The notes under the pieces: model-generated
What the model saw: the letters and a program-made list of their open reading frames with translations, nothing else
What the model was told of the DNA's origin: nothing
Database searches by the model: none
NCBI GenBank assembly: GCA_030704615.1
Contig: CM060732.1
Location: 52,700,001 to 52,764,000, forward strand
Length of the DNA stretch: 64,000 bases
Source of the DNA: Takakia lepidozioides
Taxonomy: Eukaryota > Plantae > Bryophyta
Direction: 5' to 3'
Translations under genes and position numbers: made by a program
Shown: positions 50,360-62,332 of the stretch, piece by piece
Position numbering within the stretch: position 1 is the first letter of the stretch
Layout: each line of letters opens with the position of its first letter

Positions 50360-50785
50360 AGCCAGTCAGTATTGCACTAACTAACAGGGTTAGTTAGTGG
50401 GTTGGTTAGCTGCCAAGATTAAGCAAAAGCCCCAAACACATGTGATCTGCAAAACTGGGTTAGTGGGCTAGTTAGCCAGCCAGTATTGTAATAGCTAATA
50501 ACAAAGTTAGTTAGTGGGTTTATTGGCTGCCAGATTAAGGGAAAGCCCAAAAATAAAGTGATCTAGCAAACTGGGATTAGTGAGTGACCTTGGATTAGCT
50601 AGCCAGTTAGTATTGCACTCAGGGATAGTTAGTGGGTTGGTTAGCTGCCAGATTAATGGAAAGCCCAAAACACACGTTATTTTGGCAGACTAGTGAGTGC
50701 CCTGGATTAGTTATTCTACAAACTAACAGGGCTGGTTAGGGGGTTGGTTAGCTGACAGACTAGAAAGCCTTTAAAACTCATGTGA
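50360..50785. repeat. Tandem repeat, about 120-bp unit, about 3.5 diverged copies
   Basis: Recurring agccag..tattgca..gttagtgggttggttagctgccagatt..aaagccc units starting near 50360, 50478, 50601 and 50710. Confidence 0.8.
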
Positions 50786-53700
50786 TGAGGGGGACGGGCA
50801 AAGTGGCAGGCACTTGATAATGTTCAGGTGGATTGATCAGTGTACGATTGATGCTCAATCCCGGGAAGTGCGAAACCTTGTCAGAGCTGTCAATGACAGT
50901 CTACAGAGCATGCATTAGTAACAGAGAGATCGAACATTGATGTGCAGCAAAGGCCAACATTACCAGCAACACGGGCTCCGCTCTGTGAAAGAACATCGTC
51001 AGCGGGATGGAGTTAAAGTTTAGGACGACGGTGTGTGCAGTCACATGCAGAGGTAGCAGCTGATCACCTTGCCATATTTTTCCCGAAGCAGTTGAAGGCT
51101 CCCATGGGGGTCCCTTCTACCTTAGTTTGGGAACAGGCAGACTTGGATCAGTCTGATTGTATGGTTTTTTGCATTGGGACCTCATGCATTCGTAACAAGC
51201 CTCAAACGGCAATTGGCTCTCTTGCATTGCTTTGGCACAACATAAGAAAAAGGTAAGACTAGGGAGCATGACTCAGCACAACACACCAATCAGCGCCTTG
51301 ACACGGTGTAAGGTCCTTTGACCACATTTTCTCCATTGACTTGCATGCGCAAAGTCTCTCTCTACAAGAGAGCTAACAAAGATAGATTGGTGTGAACAAC
51401 GGGTCTGCTCTGCGAACTGAAATGATCAGGCTTTGGGTGGAGATGAGTGCGAGAGTGTTGGTCAGTGATCACGTGAAAAGCTGGCAGCAGGTGATCCTTT
51501 CTGGATTGCTACCCCATGCAAAACTATCCAACAAATTCTATGTTTAGTGTCTGCTGCTCAGGCACCCAAATGCAGCATGTGATGTGGTGGTATATTATGT
51601 GTAAACTAGATCTGTTGATCACGAGTGACTCACGTGTTATACCTTACTTTGCGACATGGGTGCTCCTAAAGGCTATATATGGATCACGCAACATTTCTTC
51701 TGCATCGGAATCAAGCATATGTACCCGTGCCGCACTGGATTGATTAGTTAGATATAGGGTCTCCAATTAGGGCAAAAAGAAAATGAGTATCAGCCCTAAG
51801 CATAACTTTCTTTTGGCCTCTGGAGAGTTTAGGCTTGACTGTTGGATGCAGCAAAGGCTGAGGGGGAGGTACAGATGTGACTGATTTCTCTTGACTTTTG
51901 CATATTGGTAAATATAACTTTCTGATGTAAAGCAAAGGGTGGGCCGCAAGGTTTGCAGAACAATTTTCTTTTCTTTGGGAAATTGGGGATGCTTGTAAAC
52001 TGACCCCAGGCATAATGATTTGGCTGCCGCTCCTCTTTATTTTAATTCATGTAGGCCTAGGTTGGTGACTGGCTGGTATTAACATTGGAATACCAGTCTG
52101 GTTGATACGAGGACCCGTCCGCAAATGAAAATCATGCTTCTATTGAGAACCGGCGGATTCTCTTGATTTTGATTGTGATTTTATTGGCTATGTCCCTTCA
52201 GGGCAGAGACTTTGCATCATGTTGAAGTCAATGGAAAAAATGTGGTCAAGAATATGATTGGTTTAAAAAAACTTTTAAGTGCAACACGTGGCAGCTTGTC
52301 AAAATTGTTGCTTCAATAGATAGAGCCTCCCGTACGCGGCTTGTTCTTTTTGAAACATGGGAGAGAGGCTCCCCAAGAATCTTTATTGGCCATGCCTTCT
52401 CAAGACTACGCAAAGGATTCAAAGGCTTTTGACGCTTTACCGCTTTTTCTTTCTTTTCTTTTTTCTTCGATTTACTCTTCCAATTTGATCGAGACAATTG
52501 CCACCAGAATATTCTCTCTATATTTCTAATGAATAACATCCCCTGGATGAACAGTTTCATGCTCTTTAGGTCTGGAATTCAACCTTTTGTGTATGCTTAT
52601 GAGGATATTACCCTGCGTGCCATCCGGGTGATTCAGGGCTCAAATCCTGTTACCGCGATATTTATTAATAAACACTGTGTGATCTTCCAGATTTTTACTA
52701 TCTATTCGTAATTACTAGAGGGCAGGGCTTGCATCAATTGTATGCATTTGTTGGATTTCAAAGATGTCTGAATATTCTAATGCTATACTATAGAACTGGC
52801 TGGTATTAAAATTAAGAAAGCATCTCAATATCAAGGCCTGGTATTAGTAGAAAAAGCAATACCAGCCCACACTGACAAATACCCCAGTTCTTTGGAAGAC
52901 ACAACTTTGCCAGCATGTGATACATTACCTTACCTTATGGAGCCACTGCCAATTGATCAGGATAAATGATGATGCCATCTCCCAACATCATCTAGCCTCA
53001 TTGAACAGGGGTACGTGTGCTCTTAAAAGAAAGCTCTTAAAAGAAAGCGGAAAAAGGGGAAAGAGAAAATTAACCTTGCACGGTCATAAGGCACACAGAA
53101 GGGGTACTCTGCAAATTATAATCCGGCATCACAATCATTTGGTGAACAAATGTACATTCTATTTGGGCAGTGCTCTTGTTTGCAGTCGGTTTTCATGTCC
53201 TGCAACTTGTGTCCTGTGCCTTTCCTGGAAGTGAGGTCGAGTGACAAGGATTCTCGGTCAAATGCACATTTACATCATAGATCCAATATCAGCTTGGCTG
53301 ACACTTGCGTGAGGACAAGGTCCCGCAAATTTTTATTGTGTTGTGTAAGAGCCAATTCAACAAGTCAAGATTACATTGTACCAGCAAGGTTTAATATATA
53401 CTACATTATAGAAAAGGACATCTGTAACAGCTTGAGAAGGTCAGACACAATGGCAACCCAACAGACTTGCATTCTCGACACAAAGCAATTCTCAATTTGG
53501 GCACATATACAAGGAAGGAGGTGGCACACAGACCTTAACCATCTCCAGAAAGGCCAGTATAAGGCTCCAAAATTTATCTGCATTTTGAACCTGAAACTGT
53601 GCATTCTGGAGCCCAACCAAGCTTTCATTGAACTGGGTAGTTCAAGCAATAAAGTTCCAATGAGCCCAAAAAGTCAATCAAGAACCAACCATGACAGTGC

Positions 53701-54612
53701 TCCAACTTCACCGGACTGAAAAGAGTCAACATCAACTACTCACTGACTATGACTTAAGTCATCGCTTGGGAAACATATTCTAATCTCAACCATCAACAGA
53801 TCCCCATCAGGCAACCATGTGTCCAAAGTAGCAACACAGACTTACTCCTGTATAAGCAACACATAAGTGGGAGTCCTGGCTTCATAACCTATTGTATATT
53901 GGAATACATGGGCACCGAATAGCTTCAGCTTTTAGCAACTTAGCAACTCCTGAGAGTGAAGACATCAACCAGCATGCAGAAGGATTCAGCTTGGCTCTTA
54001 ATATAGATCTTACATCTTAAATTAGAACCTGTCACAAAGCTTCATTTCTTAACAACAGACTGGACTTAGTATCAGGAATTCACTTGTAGTGAACACAAAT
54101 CAACATAATTGAAAACCCAGTGTGAAAAATTTGCCCCCATTCCATTGACACATAACAATCCTTGGCTAATCAAAGAAACACCTACAGAATGGAGTGGCGA
54201 CGAGGAGAATATATGTCGAGCATTTTAACTGCTAGAAACCAAACTTCTAAAACTACTTAATGCCCTGAATGGGGGAAGTATAAGAAACAACCAATACGTG
54301 GGTGATAGTTGGCATAATAAGCCTGATCTAACTCATACACCTTGCGAATAAGAAAAGAAAGTACTCTTTCCGTTAACTGCAACTGTTTTCTTGCCAGAGC
54401 CTTACTGTCATTTACCCCGCACCCTCCTGAGCCTTTCGTGGGGTTCGCCCCACCAGGGTTTAGTTTATCCCCAGGCTCAGCTGCAGGTATAATCTCATTT
54501 TCCCACAACTGCCACGAAGATGCTCACAGAGGCACTTGTCCACAAGCAAACTCAACAGCCCGGTTGCAGGGTTACTGATTTTAGTTTTAGCCTGCATTTA
54601 CCATAGAAAAGA

Positions 54613-54683
54613 TTGTACTCATAAGACGTTGTTTGCCGTAGCCTTGTGGCCATTGACCCCGCGCCCAGTTTGAGCGGGAAAAT
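54613..54683 (-). mobile_element. 71-bp retroposed insertion with 18-bp TSD
   Basis: CATTTACCATAGAAAAGA at 54595-54612 and 54684-54701. Confidence 0.8.
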
Positions 54684-57600
54684 CATTTACCATAGAAAAG
54701 AGTCCGCAAAGATGGTGGGTATTACCCAAATTGAATTGAGAGTCAACCATTTGATTCCGTCACTGTGCTGTGAGTGACCACCGGGTCTTGGCTGTCAAGA
54801 ACAGTCAGAAAGCAATCGAAAACAATCCTGGCAATCGTGCAAAATTCATAAAACAACCCAAGAAACCTCCCATCTCCGAAAAAAACTGACTCAAATACAA
54901 GGTGTGCTGGGGGAACAGAGTCTAAGGTGGAACAAAAAAGGATCAAAACTGTCCATAAAACACCATAACAGGGTTTTGGAAAAAGGCCATCAAGATCAGG
55001 GTTAATCCACATCTCAGAGACATGTGAGTCAGAGACATGTGAGTTAGTGACAAGCACCGGTGACATAGGTAAGCAGGTGTGGTGTCCAAAGCACAAGCAA
55101 CTCTAACACTCAACAACACCCTTGGTCAAGGCAAACTCAGAACCCTGGATGGAACAACCAACCCTCATCGAACTTCATGCCTACACAACAGAACCGTCAC
55201 AGCTTAGCATTCTCCTCTACCCACACAACTACAAGATTCAAAGCAGTTTCAAAGACAAATGAAGTAGTGGACAGCAGAAGGTCCCCCTCTACCACAGGGG
55301 AAGGCTCTATGGCACTTACCTTTCTGAATGAAGTTGAGTCTGGCCTTCCAGATTTTCGAGAGAGCCCTTTAACCATGACGCCAGATGCAAGTACAGACGT
55401 ACTCTTTAAGAAACTGCATACAGTACCTTGTGGCTGTAGACCCTGCCACTGAATTGGACAGAGCACAAAGAGAGAGAGAGAGAAGAGAGGTGGCCCTAGG
55501 TGAAAGTAAGGGAAAACAAGTAAGCGAGAACTTTCAAATTGAACAACAACGTGGTTCACAAACGCAGAACTTTCTCGTATCTACTCTTTGAGAGTTTCGC
55601 CCTTGATTGTGTTCACCCACACCAATAACAGATGCATGAATTCTCTGGATTTGAGGCTCAGAGTTTAATAGCCAAACATACCTCACCATTTGAAGAATTA
55701 TGTGAACACACCATAGCCGCCGTTGTAAGACTGCGTGCTCCAGTAACCTTGTAATGCCTGAAACATCAACCCCAGATCTTGAAGTTACCATGACAGCCTA
55801 GCACAGAACTGGACGGGCACATCACTATCAACCTCATATCATCACACCCAGACCTGTCAAGAGAACTTGGAAGCTACCCAATCTCACGATAAAGCTCCAC
55901 TTCAATCGAGAGACATTCTTGGTGCTCCGATTTGCTCAACGATGGACCAAGGAGAGCTAAAGAGCCAAAATGAGTATTACAGCGGCATTGGTTTGGCACC
56001 CCAACAAAAGCCCTTGGATATATTCTTCTGGAATTGCAATAGGAAATGGACAGCCTCTGAGAACATCCCAATTTCATTCAACGATAGTTGAAGGTAACTG
56101 TCAAATTGCTCAGAATAGCACTCATCTACACTCAGATCATTCAGGTAGTATCATAAAGGAAGGAAGACCTGTTCTCAGACACAAGGGCTACAACAAATTG
56201 AAAAAGCTCTGAAACCTCACAATAATCCTTACAAACTTTAGAGGGCGAATGGATGAATCCATAGGTAAAATGGACACTTGAGTTGAACTCATCTGCCCAA
56301 GGACCTACTACCCCCTGAAGGGTGGCCTGGCAGCCAATCATTGCTGACCTTCACAGTGGCATGGGACTGAAAACACAGGGCAGCTGGGTTTGCTGATACT
56401 GTTTCTTACATCTCCTGTGAATAGTGGCAGGGCAAACTGTTTGTTTGGTCAGAGCTATTTACAGGCCATACGGAAGGTGATTGGAGCTAGGTAGCCTACT
56501 TATTAAAGCCTTGCAGATGATGCTGACATCATGGGTCTTGCGGATTTTCTGACAACATCAGCAATTGTATCTTCCGGGTGGACTTTACTTCAACGGGAAT
56601 GGGCACATGTTTTACTATAGCATTCTGCTCGATCCAAACAGAAATAGGGGCTGGCAGTCTTGTAAGACTCCTCTTACAGTTGCTGGGGTAACAACTAACA
56701 ACACCACGGAGGTGAGGATCCGGTTACTGTCTCCTTTTCCTCTCATATCTCTGATCTCGGAGACAGACTGGGCCTTCCGAAATCACTATGACCAGCAGTG
56801 ATATCAAGTCTATGACAGACTCTCTGTTGAGCTTGTCCATTGTGCCAGTCCCTCCTCATTGTGGGGTTCTGAACCTTTGCATTGAACAGTATGCCCTGTA
56901 AATCTGCTCAAGTTTAAAGTGCCTCATTGATACACAGATGCAGAGCTGGTCCTGAGTTCTCTCCGAGTGGCCAAAACCTGTGTGTTTGTTGTTTGTGAAC
57001 TTAGAGAATGGCAGTATCATCCTTTTTCCAATCAAAAATCTCTCTTTCTTCTTGAGCGAGGCGAGCCGGCAGTTTCATGCAAACCTGCTCTAAACTCACC
57101 TCTCTCCCTTAAGTATGGTGAATTCTAAGACTGTAATTTCTCCTTTGAAACCCAAAGAACTGGCAATGCATCCAGGGATTCGAGTTTCGACCAGCTTCAA
57201 GCTCATCAATTGGCACTATGCAGAACTTCACAACCTTCAGACAAATGAAAGGCAATGAGATTAAATAATTCACAAGAAGCAGTATTGATCAAAATGAAGT
57301 AACTGACTTGGCTCAAAGTGAAGACCCTTATAATCATGAGGAAATGCTCCCTGGAAAATGCCCAAAGTTGCACCTCTCAGAGCATAAGAGCTTCAAAGAA
57401 TTAACAATGACCAGGACAAAGACCACTGAAGCAAGAAGCTAAATAAGCTGCCTTTAGGAGGTTTCACTTGTAACGAGCAGCTTGACCGATTGCTTGGCCA
57501 AGTTCCATATCACACCCCCATGGGTTACAGCGATAGAGTGCCAATGGGACCCCCTGCGGTCCATCCAGTGCAACTGTTGAGAACATAGAACTTCCAGATT

Positions 57601-57797
57601 CTGAACAGAGACAGGTTTGCCTTCCATTCATTTTCCGGGCGTCTGAACTAGCTTTCGCGTGCTGTAGAGCGAAGCCTAAGTTGACCACCTTAGTGCATGC
57701 CGTTGACATCAAAGAATGACATTTGCAGGATACTGCACCCAGTTAACTAGGTGTAGCTCAAAAATTCTAAAAGCGGAACAAGCTCATACAAACGCAC

Positions 57798-58059
57798 CGG
57801 AAAGAGAAAGCTCATGAGACACCAAGAGGACGCGCTTCCCCTCCATGAACTCCAGGCCACGAGGAGGGGTATTTGCAGTTTCATCGTTTGCAGGGACCGT
57901 CAATCGCACAGCTGATACAGGCTGGACCAGAAGAGGTATACATGAATTCATAGAGGGCTTCAACAGCGTCCACAGCAGAAGGAAGGCCAGAAGAAACAGA
58001 CACACCACATAAGAGCATGCCGGCATGTTGTGGTTGGAAACTTCCACATGGAGCTCCAT
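57798..58059 (-). CDS. First coding exon of a GT4/Glycos_transf_1-type plant glycosyltransferase (downstream exons not found)
   Basis: N-terminal TM helix, then LEFMEGKRVLLVSHELSLSG ending at donor CG|GTGCGT. Confidence 0.65.
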
Positions 58060-59299
58060 AAGCTTAACTTCGTGGTGTCTTGTCTGCTGGCATCAGCCCG
58101 AAATATGGAAGCTGCCCGCTGGTGCCTCATGTCTTCATATGTCTGCAGCATCGGTTGACAAATAGTGCTGTCACAGGGGAAAAGACTCTCCTGTGAGATC
58201 CGCGTCTTACTGTGGGGAAGATATCACTCCTGCTTCTGAAGACAAAGAAGATGGTCAATTTTATCCGTTCGAAAGCCTGCTCAGTCGGCAACAAGGCAAA
58301 ACCTCTAGGATAAGACCAACACTAACTCTACAGCTCCACCCCTAAAGATATTCCCACCATGCTGACCAACGACATTTTCTCACGTACAGCGACGCATCTG
58401 CGTACACACAATCGATCTCTGTGTCTCTCATCCCCGCTCTTCAGGATTTATGGGTAGAAGACTGTAATGCAACACAGCAATGTCCGCCCAACCAAAGTTG
58501 ATTACAAGCAGAACCACCCAAGAATGTCTGTGGCGTCTGTCCCCTGCAAAGCTGTTTTGAGTCTGAGGTAACTGGATGCAGAGAGTGCCATGCTTGCATC
58601 ATGGGTGAGCCAGGCCAGCTTTGTTCCTCCCGGCCTTACAGTAGCGGTGAGTCAAAGGCCTCTTTGTACACTGAAATTGCTTCACATTCTCATGCTGTGG
58701 ATCTCAAGTTTTCTCTTTTTGCGCATCCATTCCACTTTCATTATCTGAAGCACCATGTCAGAGTTGTCAACAAGCGGGTTTGGGGGGGTGGTCTCTGACT
58801 TTCAGGCTGCTTTGGGTGGCAGGTAGCAATGGACCGGGCCATTGAGGTTTAGTGTTGAATGGAGGCAAGGTTGTACTCAATGTATTGGGGCACGGAAAGA
58901 GTGCGGCTGCAAGCAAGCAGCTATTGAAACCCTTCAAACCAGGGGAACCCCGTTTTGAGGGGCTGGAAACGAAGCTAATAATTGACAGCGGCAACACTGT
59001 GCTTGTGGATGCGGTAAACATTAGTATCTGCAACAGAGGTGTCCTTGATTTGCTCATGCAGAGAAATGTACTCTTAAGATGATGTTTATATTTAATGAGC
59101 AAAAGTGAAGCAATGCAATGTTTTGATACGCAAGCTACATTTTCTAACTCAGGCTCTCTGTTTCTGTATCAATGTTTTGGCATACACGGAAGACACACAT
59201 GTTTGGACCTGTGCTTTGGAGGCACACAAGCTTTTGTTTATGCACATGTTTAGTAGTAATGATTATGTACGCTTGAAGGTTAAGAAAATCTTCACTCGT

Positions 59300-59490
59300 C
59301 GTACCGGGGTCAATGGCCGCAAGGCTACGGCAAACGTCTTATGAGGACATTCTCTCCTCAACCCTGGTGGGTGCGAACCCCACCAAAGGCTCCAGGAGGG
59401 TTAGTTTCCCACGAGGTCAATGGCCATAAGGCTATGGCAAGCCACTGTTCGCAGGGAATGGCGTGAGTACATTCTCTCTCTCTCTTCTTG
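59300..59490 (+). mobile_element. Two tandem retroposon 3' fragments (same family as 43.2 and 54.6 kb)
   Basis: ggtcaatggcc.caaggcta.ggcaa...gag.aca followed by TTCTCTC tails, twice. Confidence 0.6.
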
Positions 59491-60934
59491 CTTAATTTTT
59501 GCTCCGCATTAGACTTTGAGGTATCTATGGGAATACTCGTCCAATTTGGAATTTTGTAATATGATTTACAAGACTTGTACAAGCCCTGTTGGCCTTCCAT
59601 TCTATTTTCTCAAAAATATAATGAAGAATTTAAATCAATTAATAATCGAAATTTTAAAACCCTTAAAATAACTATATAACTTAGTATTAAAAATAATAAT
59701 ATCCTGCTATATGTAATCAAGTGTTTTTATCATATTATAAAGCATTTGGGGCAATTGTGGAATAGTGGCTTGCGGTAGCGCAAGTTAACGAAAAATGTAG
59801 GAAGAAAATGTATTGTATCTTTAACTAGTGCAACAACAACAAAAATTTGCTTGTTTGCAATAAATGTCAAACCTACAAACCCTCACTCCACTATAGGTAC
59901 CAATTACCACTATACTGCACCTACTTCTTGTAATATTAACCCTTAAAATATGTATATAAGCAGATTTTTTCATAACCCCTTCATGTATGTATATAGTATA
60001 TATGGGGATGATTAAAAATACCCCTTCGGTGCACTTAGGTGACTGGTATAGGATTCAATGCACCCCCATGTGCATCAGCACCCCACTCGTCAACGTTCTT
60101 TTTTCTTGAGAGGGCTCTTGCTTTGGACAATGCATGACTATCCAGGTGCGATTTAATTTTATATCCTTAACGTTAATATTCATGTATATGTGTTTAAGTG
60201 TTGCCATGGTTTTTCTTTATCAAACAACATATAACACTAACAATACACAGTTATAACATGTTACATGTAATACTGTAAACACTAAAAAATGAACTCAGTA
60301 GAAAAACAGTCTACACAATGTTTAGTTACACCATCTTTTAAGAAGATTCCACCCAGCTAATATATTGTAAAATTTTATTTTTTCCGGTCAAAATTTCTGA
60401 AATTCTTAGCACTCACAGACTTTGTGCAGGTTTCTCAATCCCATTTGGATGGCAGATGTGGATTTTGTTAGTGGGCAGGTATGAATCTTGTTGTTTACCA
60501 GCAGAACTGGTTCCAGGTCTCCCTCAAAAAGATGGAAAGCAGGACCTTAAATCTGTAACATTCAAGAATAGCGTGACATGGTAAGAAATGGGAAGAAATG
60601 AAGACAAGATTGTAATCAGTAGACCTTGTAGAGCAGATGAATCATCTTTGGTGCGGTGATATTTTATGATCTCTTAAATGACAAAAGAACGTCCAGCATG
60701 CTTGGCAAACTCTGGACATGTGTACCTGTAACGACTCTGAAGGGTGGGAGCTTGATAAGCCTGCCAGAACTTGAAAGATGGAAAAATGGGTAGTCCCCGG
60801 ATGGACTGACCGCATAGAACTAGTTTCAATATTCAAATTGCATGGTGGTACAACCTGTTCTGTGCCTCCAAGCATGAGGATGTCCTGAAGACGTGCTCTC
60901 GAAGAACTTAGATCCCAGGAGGGCAGAACTTAGA

Positions 60935-62332
60935 TCACAACAATCTCTTCATACATCTGTGTCTCTTGCACTTAGGCGACCTCCCTGAAGGTGGAGCCAC
61001 GGATTTACTTCCGACTGTTCTGTCTGCTTGCACTGCTCCTGTTGTACCATATACCTTTGCCTGCTCTTTTATGGCCTCGAGTCTTTCCTCTGATCCTTCG
61101 GCTCCGATAATCGGTGGTAGGATGTGAGGAGAGTCAGGAAAGTTGTAGGGAATTCCCTTCTGGAAGTAGAAAATGCCAACATCGTAAGCACGCGCAGCTT
61201 GCGCACGTGTATTGTATGAGCCAAGCCAAACTGTTCTCTTCGATAACGGTGGTCTGATTTCTGAGGTCCACTTGTTGTCTTTGAAACGAATTCCGCTATA
61301 ATTGGAAGCTCGAGCTTGCGCAGATTCATGTGTTCCTGGTCCAACGTCGTTAAAACTCTCTTGCACTGTAGGTTGCACAGCTGCTGGGTTCTGTGGAGGA
61401 ATGATTTCTCTAGGTGCATGCTCACATTTATCGGCATCATCCGCTACAGCCAAGGGAAGGCAGCCCACCTGTGCTCCCGAATTCTGGCTCTGGACGACAC
61501 TCCTAGCAGCCTCTTCACCCCGTAAGAGCTCGTGTGAAGCAGGGATGGTTACCGCATGGTGTCCTTCCGTCGTGAGAGAACTTCCGAGCGCCTGCAGGTC
61601 TAGGCTTTCAAGTCCTTCATCATCCGACCTAGGTATCGATGATCCTAAAGCATCGCACCATTTTTCCAAGTCATTGACAGGGACTTCTTGATCAAATGGT
61701 ACCGGCCCGAACAGCGGAAATCCTGGTAGATCCATGATGGAATAGAAATTTTCGCAAAGAAGACAATCTTCACGATCCAGTTCCATCTGAGAGAACTGTG
61801 CATTCGCCGGCAACGGCCTTTCTTCATAGCTACCAAATCCCATGAACTGCTCAGGGCTGTCCCATGGCGACGACAGGTACGGTGGGTCCCCATTCTGTAA
61901 ACCACATTGAACATAACCTGAACTTTCCACCTCTGTACTATCCAAGGCAATCTGTGGCTTGTAGGTCTTACTGCCATTGTTTTCTTCGAATGGTCGCCTC
62001 ACCGACGCGAAGGGTGGAAATGATGCTGCAAGCATGCAGTGACGACTGGGCTGAGATGGTGGTGGAGCATCTCTGGCCCTACGGCTATGAATCCTCGGCC
62101 ACGTTTTCAGTTTTTGGACGATATTGGAAAAACGCCGGGGATTCTTTTGTGTAACGAGCAGGCCTGGGAAACATGAGAACTTGATAGGCGTACCAACCTT
62201 TTGCCTCAAAGAACTCGAGAATTCTCTTAAGCCATCCTTCAAATTCTTGAGGCTATGGAGGAAACCATGAGATTGATGAGCAGATGTCGGAGCCGCCACT
62301 CTTCCTTGCATCTTCAAGAGGTTCTTCTTCAC
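60935..62332 (-). CDS. AP2/ERF-family transcription factor with a divergent C-proximal AP2 domain
   Basis: NYSGIRFKDNKWTSEIRPPLSKRTVWLGSYNTRAQAARAYDVGIFYF..YNFP; true start uncertain (ATG at 62311 or an upstream exon). Confidence 0.85.
   Translation of the reverse strand: MKKNLLKMQGRVAAPTSAHQSHGFLHSLKNLKDGLREFSSSLRQKVGTPIKFSCFPGLLVTQKNPRRFSNIVQKLKTWPRIHSRRARDAPPPSQPSRHCMLAASFPPFASVRRPFEENNGSKTYKPQIALDSTEVESSGYVQCGLQNGDPPYLSSPWDSPEQFMGFGSYEERPLPANAQFSQMELDREDCLLCENFYSIMDLPGFPLFGPVPFDQEVPVNDLEKWCDALGSSIPRSDDEGLESLDLQALGSSLTTEGHHAVTIPASHELLRGEEAARSVVQSQNSGAQVGCLPLAVADDADKCEHAPREIIPPQNPAAVQPTVQESFNDVGPGTHESAQARASNYSGIRFKDNKWTSEIRPPLSKRTVWLGSYNTRAQAARAYDVGIFYFQKGIPYNFPDSPHILPPIIGAEGSEERLEAIKEQAKVYGTTGAVQADRTVGSKSVAPPSGRSPKCKRHRCMKRLL

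Noticed and set aside
50360-50785. Interstitial telomere
   Set aside because: No run of TTTAGGG or TTAGGG units
52060-52875. Possible hAT remnant bounded by GGCTGGTATT/AATACCAGC motifs
   Set aside because: Left TIR and TSD not resolvable and no transposase motif recognised
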